From Orbicella franksi (Eukaryota): a DNA stretch of 64,000 bases. Below, piece after piece: positions 1 through 12,700 of this stretch. The position numbers were made by a program, and so were the translations under genes. The DNA is taken from positions 1,302,001-1,366,000 of the forward strand of contig OZ116706.1 in assembly GCA_964199315.1 (NCBI GenBank). The letters are read 5' to 3'. Under the pieces are notes generated by a model that saw nothing but the letters and a program-made list of their open reading frames with translations, made no database searches and had not been told where the DNA came from. Positions within the stretch are counted from its first letter, which is position 1; each line of letters opens with the position of its first letter.

Positions 1-100
1 CTAGCTGTGGCAAATGCGCGTTGGACATTACCATTTTGTTTAGTCAACAATTTTTGGGGTGAGTCTAATGCTGTATTTGAACGTCTTGTGTCTCTTTCAG

Positions 101-758
101 GGTACCACTGGATTTCCATGGATTGATGCAGTAATGCGTCAGTTGCGGATAGAGGGTTGGATTCCTCATGTAGCACGTCAGGCTGTTGGATGTTTCTTGA
201 CCAGGGGATGCCTTTGGGTTAACTGGGAAGAGGGATACAAGGTAGATAAAGAGCGACTAGAAGTGGTTTCATTTGTAACATAACAGCAGCAGTAAGGATT
301 AAAATGTGTTTATTGTAGGTTTTTGACGAGCTTCAGTTGGATGCAGAGTGGAGTCTGAATGTAGGCAACTGGCTGTGGCTGTCAGGAAGCACTTTTGTGA
401 AAGAGCATGTACCTTGGTTCTGTCCAGTGGAGGTTGGAAGAAAGGTTGATCCCACTGGTGAATATGTGAGGTAAGTACATTTGTAGTTGCAAGGTTGTGT
501 TTTGAAAAGGTAAACATATGAAAAAGGTTTTTACTATGTCCTGAAAACTGTGTTGCAGAAAATTTGTACCAGAAGTCAAAGGTTTGCCCACAGACTACTT
601 GTTTGAACCGTGGAAAGCTCCTGAATCTGTGCAACAAGCTGCTAGATGTGTGGTGGGTAGAGACTATCCTTTACCACTTGTGGACCACAAAGAGCAGAGG
701 AGAGTTTGCGTACAGAGGCTGAAAGAGCTGGCTCATAGTATTGGTGCTGATATTCCTG
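101..758 (+). CDS. Cryptochrome module M1 (partial; exons d-f only)
   Basis: Exons 101-241, 319-470, 559-758. The window begins inside intron c-d. Encodes [12 protein letters not shown]...[11 protein letters not shown]...[18 protein letters not shown]...ADIP. Confidence 0.9.
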
Positions 759-3700
759 GTAAATAGTACAGCTGTTTGGAGTATTGCTGCCAGCATTATT
801 CAGCTGTCCGATATTACAGATATATCAGTGCCTTTGAAAATTTTGAATCAAGTTGATTGCTTAGTAATAGCATCTTTTTATGTTAGATATTCAAGATGAC
901 TGGATAGGAAATGAGAATACAAATTCTAAAATAAGACAGTTTCTCGTACTATAGTAACTAAAAAGAGAAGGTTAACGCCAAACAGAAAATCCATGTGTTA
1001 TGGGAAGGTTAAAAAAGTAGCATAAGATTGAAGAGTTACCTTGAGCTCAGAATTCTCCAATATTTGTGTGAAGATGGTTAAGTAAAGTTAGTTTCCTATT
1101 GATGCTGAATACTTGACAAGTGGAGGGTATTTGAGTGTGGAAAAATGCTGAGAAGATATATGGCTGTTAAGCTGTTGGATTTGTTTGTTTGTTTTGTTTT
1201 GTTGCAGTGGAGCAAAGAACATACACTAGTTTGCACTTGTTTAGAAAAGACCTGAGACTCCATGACAACCCTACATTGCGTACCTGTTTGGAAGGTAGTG
1301 GCACATTCTACCCTGTGTACGTCTTGGACACTGCAGCTGCGAGGCAAGGCAAGATCTCTGCAAACCGCTGGAATTTTTTGCTGGAGAGCCTGAGAGATCT
1401 GGATAGTCAGTTGGCTAGGCTGGGATCGCACCTGTTTGTTGTGCGTGGCAGGGATGTGGAGGTGCTGCCAAAGCTCTTGTCAGAGTGGGGAGTAACGCGC
1501 CTTAGTTTTGAAAGTGATGGAGAGCCATTTGGAGCTCAGAGAGATGCTGTGATTCGACACATAGCCGAGGAAGCAGGAGTTGAAGTGTTAAGCAAAACAT
1601 CACACACACTGTACGAGCCAGGTCAGATTATACATGGCAATCAGGGTGATATACCTATGCTGTTCAAGGAGTTTGTGAGAATTGTAGAAGAGAACAAGCT
1701 AGGTGTACCCAATCCAGTCAAAGAGGTGGACAGACGATTGGTAGGGTGCTGTGTGACACCAGTAGCTGTTGACCACCAGGCTAAGTATGGAATTCCTGAA
1801 TTGAGTGAATTAGGCGTGAAAGACATCCGATGTGTGACAAGTGCAGCATTGTGGAGAGGAGGAGAACAAGAAGCACTGAGGAGACTTATCCTTCTGGAGC
1901 AAGAGGTAAGCTATGATAAGAGGAATTGCAATATGGAAAGTGTTTTAAAGTTGGGTATCACTTTGTCAGACTTGAAGGCCTCAGTGTTCATCACAGATAC
2001 ATGTTTGGTTCAGACGGACTGGGGATACAATGTAGATATAGAAATTTTACCAGTGTTTAATTAACATGCATATATGAAGGGATTGATAGTGTCTGTCAAT
2101 TAAAGAGAGTTTCCATTGTTATGCTGATTATCTGTTGGATTATTTTTCAGCTGGCCAAAAATGACTTTGAAGAAGTAGCACTGAGTGCAGAAACCATGCC
2201 ATCATCTCCCACCCACCTAAGCCCTTACCTACGATTTGGATGTCTGTCACCCAGAGTGATGTGGCATCGGCTGAATGATTGTTATGGAAAGGTGGGTATC
2301 TTAGTTAAAAGATGGAAGTGAAGTTGGTGTTAGTAAAGCAGAATGAACTGGAAAGTTTTGTGGAATTCAATGTTGTTTTGGTGCTGCACAATGTAAGAGG
2401 TTTACTTTGCAGACAAAGAGTCACAGCAAAATACATTCACTAAATGAGTGTTGCAGATGTTGCCAAATTTTGAGTCTTGATATAAGGGGTTTCTTTTGTT
2501 GAAAGAAGTCACAAGTAAAAGTTTATTTTTCCTACAGGCAAAGGGAGAAGCTCCGCCTGTGTCATTTCATGAACCACTTCTACTACGAGAGTTTTTCTTC
2601 ACCATGGCTAGTGCCAACCCAGGTTTGCATAAGATGGACAACAACCCTATGTCTGTTCAGTATCCTTGGGAAGAAAATGCTGAGGGTCTCCAGAGGTGGA
2701 AGAACGTAAGTGCTAGCTGTGGCAAATGCGCGTTGGACATTACCATTTTGTTTAGTCAACAATTTTTGGGGTGAGTCTAATGCTGTATTTGAACGTCTTG
2801 TGTCTCTTTCAGGGTACCACTGGATTTCCATGGATTGATGCAGTAATGCGTCAGTTGCGGATAGAGGGTTGGATTCCTCATGTAGCACGTCAGGCTGTTG
2901 GATGTTTCTTGACCAGGGGATGCCTTTGGGTTAACTGGGAAGAGGGATACAAGGTAGATAAAGAGCGACTAGAAGTGGTTTCATTTGTAACATAACAGCA
3001 GCAGTAAGGATTAAAATGTGTTTATTGTAGGTTTTTGACGAGCTTCAGTTGGATGCAGAGTGGAGTCTGAATGTAGGCAACTGGCTGTGGCTGTCAGGAA
3101 GCACTTTTGTGAAAGAGCATGTACCTTGGTTCTGTCCAGTGGAGGTTGGAAGAAAGGTTGATCCCACTGGTGAATATGTGAGGTAAGTACATTTGTAGTT
3201 GCAAGGTTGTGTTTTGAAAAGGTAAACATATGAAAAAGGTTTTTACTATGTCCTGAAAACTGTGTTGCAGAAAATTTGTACCAGAAGTCAAAGGTTTGCC
3301 CACAGACTACTTGTTTGAACCGTGGAAAGCTCCTGAATCTGTGCAACAAGCTGCTAGATGTGTGGTGGGTAGAGACTATCCTTTACCACTTGTGGACCAC
3401 AAAGAGCAGAGGAGAGTTTGCGTACAGAGGCTGAAAGAGCTGGCTCATAGTATTGGTGCTGATATTCCTGGTAAATAGTACAGCTGTTTGGAGTATTGCT
3501 GCCAGCATTATTCAGCTGTCTGATATTACGGATATATTGTCGTGTTTGAAAATTTTGAATCAAGTAGATTTCTTAGTAACAGCGTGTTTTAATGTTAGAT
3601 ATTCAAGATGACTGGATCGGAAATGAGAATACAAATTCTAAAATAAGACAGTTTCTCTTACTATAGAAAGCAAAACAAGGGACGTTTAAGCCAAGCAGAA

Positions 3701-6700
3701 ATTCCATGTGTTATAGGAGGCTAAAAAATTAACATAGGATTAAAGAGTTATCTTGAGCTCAGAATTCTTCAATATTAATTTTGAATTAAGATCGTTAAGT
3801 AAAGTTAGTTTGCTATTTATGCTGAATACTTGACAAGTGGAGGGTATTTCATTATGGAAAAATGCTGAGAAGATATATGGCTGTTAAGCTGTTAAGCTGT
3901 TGGATTTGTTTGTTTGTTTTGTTTTGTTGCAGTGGAGCAAAGAACACACACTAGTCTGCACTTGTTTAGAAAAGACCTGAGACTCCATGACAACCCTACA
4001 TTGCGTGCCTGTTTGGAAGGTAGTGGCACATTCTACCCTGTGTACATTTTGGACATTGCAGCTGCGAGGCAAGGCAAGATCTCTGCAAACCGCTGGAATT
4101 TTTTGCTGGAGAGCCTGAGAGATCTGGATAGTCAGTTGGCTAGGCTGGGATCGCACCTGTTTGTTGTGCGTGGCAGGGATATGGAGGTGCTGCCAAAGCT
4201 CTTGTCAGATTGGGGAGTAACGCGCCTTAGTTTTGAAAGTGATGGAGAGCCATTTGGAGCTCAGAGAGATGCTGTGATTCGACACATAGCCGAGGAAGCA
4301 GGAGTTGAAGTGTTGAGCAAAACATCACACACGCTGTTCGAGCTAGGTCAGATTATACATGGCAATCAGGGTAATATACCTATGCTGTTCAAGGAGTTTG
4401 TGAGAATTGTAGAAGAGAACAAGCTAGGTGTACCCAATCCAGTCAAAGAGGTGGACAGACGATTGGTAGGGTGTTGTGTGACACCAGTAGCTGTTGACCA
4501 CCAGGCTAAGTATGGAATTCCTGAATTGAGTGAATTAGGCGTGAAAGACATCCGATGTGTGACAAGTGCAGCATTGTGGAGAGGAGGAGAACAAGAAGCA
4601 CTGAGGAGACTTATCCTTCTGGAGCAAGAGGTAAGCTATGATAAGAGGCATTGCAATATGGAAGGTACTTTAAAGTTGGGTATCACTTTGTCAGACTTGA
4701 AGGCCACAGTGTTCATGACAGGTACATGTTTGGTTCAGACGGACTGGAGATACAATGTAGATATAGAAATTTTAGCAGTGTTTAATTAACATACGTGTAT
4801 AAAGGGATTGATAGTGTCTGTCAATTAAAGAAAGTTTCCATTGTTATGCTGATTATCTGTTGGATTATTTTTCAGCTGGCCAAAAATGACTTTGAAGAAG
4901 TAGCACTGAGTGCAGAAACCATGCCATCATCTCCTACCCACCTAAGCCCTTACCTACGATTTGGATGTCTGTCACCCAGAGTGATGTGGCATCGGCTGGA
5001 TGATTGTTATGGAAAGGTGGGTATCTCACTTAAAAGATGGAAGTGAAGTTGGTGTTAGTAAAGCAGAATGAACTGGAGAGTTTTGTGTAATGAAATGTGT
5101 TTTTGGTGCTGCACAATGTAGGAGATTTACGTTGCAGACAAAAAGTCACAGCAAAATACATTCACAAAATGAGTGTTGCAGATGTGCAGATAAGTTTTTT
5201 GTTGTTGTTGAAAGAAGTCACAAGTAAAAGTTTATTTTTCCTACAGGCAAAGGGAGAAGCTCCACCTGTGTCATTTCATGAACCACTTCTACTACGAGAG
5301 TTTTTCTTCACCATGGCTAGTGCCAACCCAGGTTTGCATAAGATGGACAACAACCCTATGTCTGTTCAGTATCCTTGGGAAGAAAATGCTGAGGGTCTCC
5401 AGAGGTGGAAGAACGTAAGTGCTAGCTGTGGCAAATGCGCGTTGGACATTACCATTTTGTTTAGTCAACAATTTTTGGGGTGAGTCTAATGCTGTATTTG
5501 AACGTCTTGTGTCTCTTTCAGGGTACCACTGGATTTCCATGGATTGATGCAGTAATGCGTCAGTTGCGGATAGAGGGTTGGATTCCTCATGTAGCACGTC
5601 AGGCTGTTGGATGTTTCTTGACCAGGGGATGCCTTTGGGTTAACTGGGAAGAGGGATACAAGGTAGATAAAGAGCGACTAGAAGTGGTTTCATTTGTAAC
5701 ATAACAGCAGCAGTAAGGATTAAAATGTGTTTATTGTAGGTTTTTGACGAGCTTCAGTTGGATGCAGAGTGGAGTCTGAATGTAGGCAACTGGCTGTGGC
5801 TGTCAGGAAGCACTTTTGTGAAAGAGCATGTACCTTGGTTCTGTCCAGTGGAGGTTGGAAGAAAGGTTGATCCCACTGGTGAATATGTGAGGTAAGTACA
5901 TTTGTAGTTGCAAGGTTGTGTTTTGAAAAGGTAAACATATGAAAAAGGTTTTTACTATGTCCTGAAAACTGTGTTGCAGAAAATTTGTACCAGAAGTCAA
6001 AGGTTTGCCCACAGAATACTTGTTTGAACCGTGGAAAGCTCCTGAATCTGTGCAACAAGCTGCTAGATGTGTGGTGGGTAGAGACTATCCTTTACCACTT
6101 GTGGACCACAAAGAGCAGAGGAGAGTTTGTGTGCAGAGGCTGAAAGAGCTGGCTCATAGTATTGGTGCTGATATTCCTGGTAAATAGTATACCTGTTTGG
6201 AGTATTGCTGCCACCATTATTCAGCTGTCGGAAATTTTAGATGTATTATGGAGTTTGAAATTTTGGAATCAAGTGGATTTCTTAGTAATAGCGTGTTTTG
6301 ATGTTAGATATTCAAGATGGGTGGTAGGAAATGAGAATACAAAACCTAAAATAAGACAGTTTTCTTGTACTATAGAAACTAAAAAGAGGGACGTTTAAGC
6401 AAAGCATAAATTCCATGTGTTATGCAAAGTGTGAAAAATTAGCATTAGATTAAAGAGTTATCTGGAGCTCAATTCTCCAATATTTGTGTGAAGATGGTTA
6501 AGTAAAGTTAGTTTGCTATTGATGCTGAATACTTGAGAAGTGGAGGGTATTGTAGTACGGAAAAATGCTGAGAAGATATACATGTATGACTGTTAAGGTT
6601 TTTGATTTGTTTGTTTGTTTTGTTTTGTTGCAGTGGAGCAAAGAACACACACTAGTCTGCACTTGTTTAGAAAAGACCTGAGACTCCATGACAACCCTAC

Positions 6701-9700
6701 ACTGCGTGCCTGTTTGGAAGGTAGTGGCACATTCTACCCTGTGTACGTCTTGGACACTGCTGCTGCGAGGCAAGGCAAGATCTCTGCAAACCGCTGGAAT
6801 TTTTTGCTGGAGAGCCTGAGAGATCTGGATAGTCAGTTGGCTAGGCTGGGATCACACCTGTTTGTTGTGCGTGGCAGGGATGTGGAGGTGCTGCCAAAGC
6901 TCTTGTTAGAGTGGGGAGTCACGCGCCTTAGTTTTGAAAGTGATGGAGAGCCATTTGGAGCTCAGAGAGATGCTGTGATTCGACACATAGCCGAGGAAGC
7001 AGGAGTTGAAGTGTTAAGCAAAACATCACACACGCTGTTCGAGCTAGGTCAGATTATACATGGCAATCAGGGTAATATACCTATGCTGTTCAAGGAGTTT
7101 GTGAGAATTGTAGAAGAGAACAAGCTAGGTGTACCCAATCCAGTCAAAGAGGTGGACAGACAATTGGTAGGGTGTTGTGTGACACCAGTAGCTGTTGACC
7201 ACCAGGCTAAGTATGGAATTCCTGAATTGAGTGAATTAGGCGTGAAAGACATCCGATGTGTGACAAGTGCAGCATTGTGGAGAGGAGGAGAACAAGAAGC
7301 ACTGAGGAGACTTATCCTTCTGGAGCAAGAGGTAAGCTATGATAAGAGGCATTGCAATATGGAAGGTATTTTAAAGTTGGGTATCACTTTGTCAGACTTG
7401 TAGGCCACAGTGTTCATGACAGGTACATGTTTGGTTCAGACGGACTGGGGATACGATGTAGATATAGGAATTTTAGTGGTGTTTAATTAACATACATATA
7501 TGAAGGGATTGATAGTGTCTGTCAATTAAAGAGAGTTTCCATTGTTATGCTGATTATCTGTTGGATTATTTTTCAGCTGGCCAAAAATGACTTTGAAGAA
7601 GTAGCACTGAGTGCAGAAACCATGCCATCATCTCCCACCCACCTAAGCCCTTACCTACGATTTGGATGTCTGTCACCCAGAGTGATGTGGCATCGGCTGG
7701 ATGATTGTTATGGAAAGGTGGGTATCTTAGTTAAAAGATGGAAGTGCAGTTGGTGTTAGTAAAGCAGAATGAACTGGAAAGTTTTGTGGAATTCAATGTT
7801 GTTTTGGTGCTGCACAATGTAAGAGGTTTACGTTGCAGATAAAGAGTCACAGCAAAATACATTCACAAAATGAGTGTTGCAGATGTTGCCAAATTTTGAG
7901 TCTTGATATAAGGGGTTTCTTTTGTTGAAAGAAGTCACAAGTAAAAGTTTATTTTTCCTACAGGCAAAGGGAGAAGCTCCGCCTGTGTCATTTCATGAAC
8001 CACTTCTACTACGAGAGTTTTTCTTCACCATGGCTAGTGCCAACCCAGGTTTGCATAAGATGGACAACAACCCTATGTCTGTTCAGTATCCTTGGGAAGA
8101 AAATGCTGAGGGTCTCCAGAGGTGGAAGAAGGTAAGTGCTAGCTGTGGCAAATGCGCGTTGGACATTACCATTTTGTTTAGTCAACAATTTTTGGGGTGA
8201 GGCTAAGGCTGTATTTGAACGTCTTGTGTCTCTTTCAGGGTACCACTGGATTTCCATGGATTGATGCAGTAATGCGTCAGTTGCGGATAGAGGGTTGGAT
8301 TCCTCATGTAGCACGTCAGGCTGTTGGATGTTTCTTGACCAGGGGATGCCTTTGGGTTAACTGGGAAGAGGGATACAAGGTAGATAAGGAGTGACTAGAA
8401 GTGGTTTCATTTGTAACATAACAGCAGCAGTAAGGATTAAAATGTGTTTATTGTAGGTTTTTGACGAGCTTCAGTTGGATGCAGAGTGGAGTCTGAATGT
8501 AGGCAACTGGCTGTGGCTGTCGGGAAGCACTTTTGTGAAAGAGCATGTACCTTGGTTCTGTCCAGTGGAGGTTGGAAGAAAGGTTGATCCCACTGGTGAA
8601 TATGTGAGGTAAGTACATTTGTAGTTGCAAGGTTGTGTTTTGAAAAGGTAAACATATGAAAAGGTTTTTACTATGTCCTGAAAACTGTGTTGCAGAAAAT
8701 TTGTACCAGAAGTCAAAGGCTTGCCCACAAGCTACTTGTTTGAACCGTGGAAAGCTCCTGAATCTGTGCAACAAGCTGCTAGATGTGTGGTGGGTAGAGA
8801 CTATCCTTTACCACTTGTGGACCACAAAGAGCAGAGGAGAGTTTGTGTGCAGAGGCTGAAAGAGCTGGCTCATAGTATTGGTGCTGATATTCCTGGTAAA
8901 TAGTACAGCTGTTTGGAGTATTGCTGCCAGCATTATTCAGCTGTCTGATATTACGGATATATTGTCGTGTTTGAAAATTTTGAATCAAGTAGATTTCTTA
9001 GTAACAGCGTGTTTTAATGTTAGATATTCAAAATGACTGGATCAGAAATGAGAATACAAATTCTAAAATAAGACAGTTTCTCTTACTATAGAAAGCAAAA
9101 CAAGGGACGTTTAAGCCAAGCAGAAATTCCATGTGTTATAGGAGGCTAAAAAAAATTAACATAGGATTAAAGAGCTATCTTGAGCTCAGAATTCTTCAAT
9201 ATTAATTTTGTATTAAGATCGTTAAATAAAGTTAGTTTGCTATTTATGCTGAATACTTGAGAAGTGGAGGGTATTGTAGTATGGAAAAATGCTGAGCAGA
9301 TATATGGCTGTTAAGCTGTTGGATTTGTTTGTTTGTTTTGTTTTGTTGCAGTGGAGCAAAGAACACACACTAGTCTGCACTTGTTTAGAAAAGACCTGAG
9401 ACTCCATGACAACCCTACATTGCGTGCCTGTTTGGAAGGTAGTGGCACATTCTACCCTGTGTACATTTTGGACATTGCAGCTGCAAGGCAAGGCAAGATC
9501 TCTGCAAACCGCTGGAATTTTTTGCTGGAGAGCCTGAGAGATCTGGATAGTCAGTTGGCTAGGCTGGGATCGCACCTGTTTGTTGTGCGTGGCAGGGATA
9601 TGGAGGTGCTGCCAAAGCTCTTGTCAGATTGGGGAGTAACGCGCCTTAGTTTTGAAAGTGATGGAGAGCCATTTGGAGCTCAGAGAGATGCTGTGATTCG

Positions 9701-12700
9701 ACACATAGCCGAGGAAGCAGGAGTTGAAGTGTTGAGCAAAACATCACACACGTTGTACGAGCCAGGTCAGATTATACATGGCAATCAGGGTAATATACCT
9801 ATGCTGTTCAAGGAGTTTGTGAGAATTGTAGAAGAGAACAAGCTAGGTGTACCCAATCCAGTCAAAGAGGTGGACAGACGATTGGTAGGGTGTTGTGTGA
9901 CACCAGTAGCTGTTGACCACCAGGCTAAGTATGGAATTCCTGAATTGAGTGAATTAGGCGTGAAAGACATCCGATGTGTGACAAGTGCAGCATTGTGGAG
10001 AGGAGGAGAACAAGAAGCACTGAGGAGACTTATCCTTCTGGAGCAAGAGGTAAGCTATGATAAGAGGCATTGCAATATGGAAGGTACTTTAAAGTTGGGT
10101 ATCACTTTGTCAGACTTGTAGGCCACAGTGGTCATGACAGATACATGTTTGGTTCAGACAGACTGGGGATACAATGTAGATATAGAAATTTTAGCAGTGT
10201 TTAATTAACATACGTGTATAAAGGGATTGATAGTGTCTGTCAATTAAAGAAAGTTTCCATTGTTATGCTGATTATCTGTTGGATTATTTTTCAGCTGGCC
10301 AAAAATGACTTTGAAGAAGTAGCACTGAGTGCAGAAACCATGCCATCATCTCCCACCCACCTGAGCCCTTACCTACGATTTGGATGTCTGTCACCCAGAG
10401 TGATGTGGCATCGGCTGGATGATTGTTATGGAAAGGTGGGTATCTCACTTAAAAGATGGAAGTGAAGTTGGTGTTAGTAAAGCAGAATGAACTGGAAAGT
10501 TTTGTGTAATTGAATGTGTTTTTGGTGCTGTAGAATGTAGGAGAGTTACGTTGCAGATAAAGAGTCACAGCAAAATACATTCACAAAATGAGTGTTGCAG
10601 ATGTGCAGATAAGTTTTTTGTTGTTGTTGAAAGAAGTCACAAGTAAAAGTTTATTTTTCCTACAGGCAAAGGGAGAAGCTCCACCTGTGTCATTTCATGA
10701 ACCACTTCTACTACGAGAGTTTTTCTTCACCATGGCTAGTGCCAACCCAGGTTTGCATAAGATGGACAACAACCCTATGTCTGTTCAGTATCCTTGGGAA
10801 GAAAATGCTGAGGGTCTCCAGAGGTGGAAGAAGGTAAGTGCTAGCTGTGGCAAATGTGCGTTGTTACCATTTTGGGTAGTCAACAATTTTTGGGGGGAGT
10901 TTAAGACTGTATTTGAACGTCTTGTGTCTCTTTCAGGGTACCACTGGATTTCCATGGATTGATGCAGTAATGCGTCAGTTGCGGATAGAGGGTTGGATTC
11001 CTCATGTAGCACGTCAGGCTGTTGGATGTTTCTTGACCAGGGGATGCCTTTGGGTTAACTGGGAAGAGGGATACAAGGTAGATAAAGAGCGACTAGAAGT
11101 GGTTTCATTTGTAACATAACAGCAGCAGTAAGGATTAAAATGTGTTTATTGTAGGTTTTTGACGAGCTTCAGTTGGATGCAGAATGGAGTCTGAATGTAG
11201 GCAACTGGCTGTGGCTGTCAGGAAGCACTTTTGTGAACGAGCATGTACCTTGGTTCTGTCCAGTGGAGGTTGGAAGAAAGGTTGATCCCACTGGTGAATA
11301 TGTGAGGTATTTTTTATAAGAAGGCCTAAGATTAATTTTGTGAATACTGTTTTATGGGATTGCTACCTTTGGTTTGTTATGGAAGGCATTTGCCGTTTGA
11401 AATTATTGACTTTTCTTCTGTATTCAGCTTACAACATGAATGTAAACTGGACAAGACACAAAAATAATGAATGTCTGAACTAGATTGTGATGATAGTGTT
11501 AGGTTATTATTAAATGTGGTTAAGTTTTTCTTGTTGAGAGTGACAGGGTGGTCCTTGTTGGAGGGATATAATTTTCTAAACGAGGTTTCTGGAGGAGTAG
11601 AATTCTTTTTTGCACTGTAATTGTAGTTCCTTCCATTCATATTTTAATCTACTCTTTAAGATATCTTTTTCATATTTTTTTTTTTTCGCCCAGGGCACCC
11701 ATCGGGTTTCGTCCACATCGTAGTAAATATCTAGAGGTGGCAAGTTGTAATGTACTGATTTTGAAACGTGGTGGAATGGATATTATCCATAAACATTGTA
11801 TGGTTTACTGTTTTTTTTGATCGCGGATTTTCTAAGGTTTCCTTTCTCTGAATTGTGTAGGTTTTTGTTTATTGTTCTTAGTACCCTGATATTCTGTCTC
11901 TAAACTTTGCTTGCAGGAAATATGTTCCTGAACTGAAGAGATTACCTCTAAAGTATTTGTTTGAACCATGGAGAGCACCTTTGAAAGTGCAAAAAGCTGC
12001 ACGGTGCATTGTGGGTGACGATTATCCTGAACCTGTGGCTAGTCACACTGAACAGCGGGAAATCTGTGTTCGGCGCTTGAAAGATCTCTGCATCTCTTTG
12101 GATATTTTTGGTACTTATTCGAGTATTGTTTAGAACTATTCACGATGCATACAGATTTTTGTATTCACAGTAACACTTGTACAGGTTTCTTTCCCTCTTA
12201 GTTTCCAAAGCAATTTAATGCTGTGTATCATTGTGACCCTTTGTGCCACGTGGCATGAGAGGGATAGTTAGTTAGTACTTCTGATATAAGAATGAGATCC
12301 CCTTTGTGAGGAAGAACTCGTATATAAACAACAGCCTCCATTTGACTTAAAAATATGCTCGAATATTTGTCCGCGGACATTATCTGTTCCCCGAAGCCCA
12401 CAGTCTTCCTCGAGCTTCGCTGTTGGAAAACTGTTCGCCTCTCGGAACAGACAATGTCCGCGCAGTAACATCTGAGCCTATTTTTTCGCGCCAAATAGAA
12501 GCTATTGTTTATATATCTGCCACAGCTGAGAAAGAGTGACTCGAACAGTGTGGAATGAGAAGAGGGGCCAGCTGCAGTGAAACTGGCCCTGCTTCGGATG
12601 CTTTTTGTTTGTTCATGTAGTAGTTTCATTCAGCGTTTGTTATATCCCTCAACTGTTTTGTTTTCCACTGGAGAAAACCTTATGACACCGTGGGTTCAGA

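Larger units (their letters stand above)
1..11308 (+). repeat. Tandem array of ~2.71 kb near-identical units (exons and introns), more than 4 copies, continuing upstream of the window
   Basis: Homologous exon d starts at 101, 2813, 5522, 8239 and 10937 (periods 2712, 2709, 2717, 2698). Similarity stops abruptly after the exon-e donor at 11307-11308. Confidence 0.97.

Noticed and set aside
1189-10121. Reading the repeats as 4-5 independent tandem cryptochrome genes or pseudogenes (ORFs 1189.., 3914.., 6615.., 9333..)
   Set aside because: The ORF starts are TTG codons inside the intronic pyrimidine tract and the ORF tails are intron read-through. There is no ATG and little room for a promoter, while matching phase-1 splice sites join the units. 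Kept only as the refuting alternative.
299-11012. Recurrent minus-strand ORFs (MLHRFRSF..., MGKPLTSG..., MSFTPNSL..., MLHEESNP..., MRSQPSQL...)
   Set aside because: Antisense shadows of cryptochrome exons and introns. They recur only because the DNA is repeated, and some are disrupted between copies.
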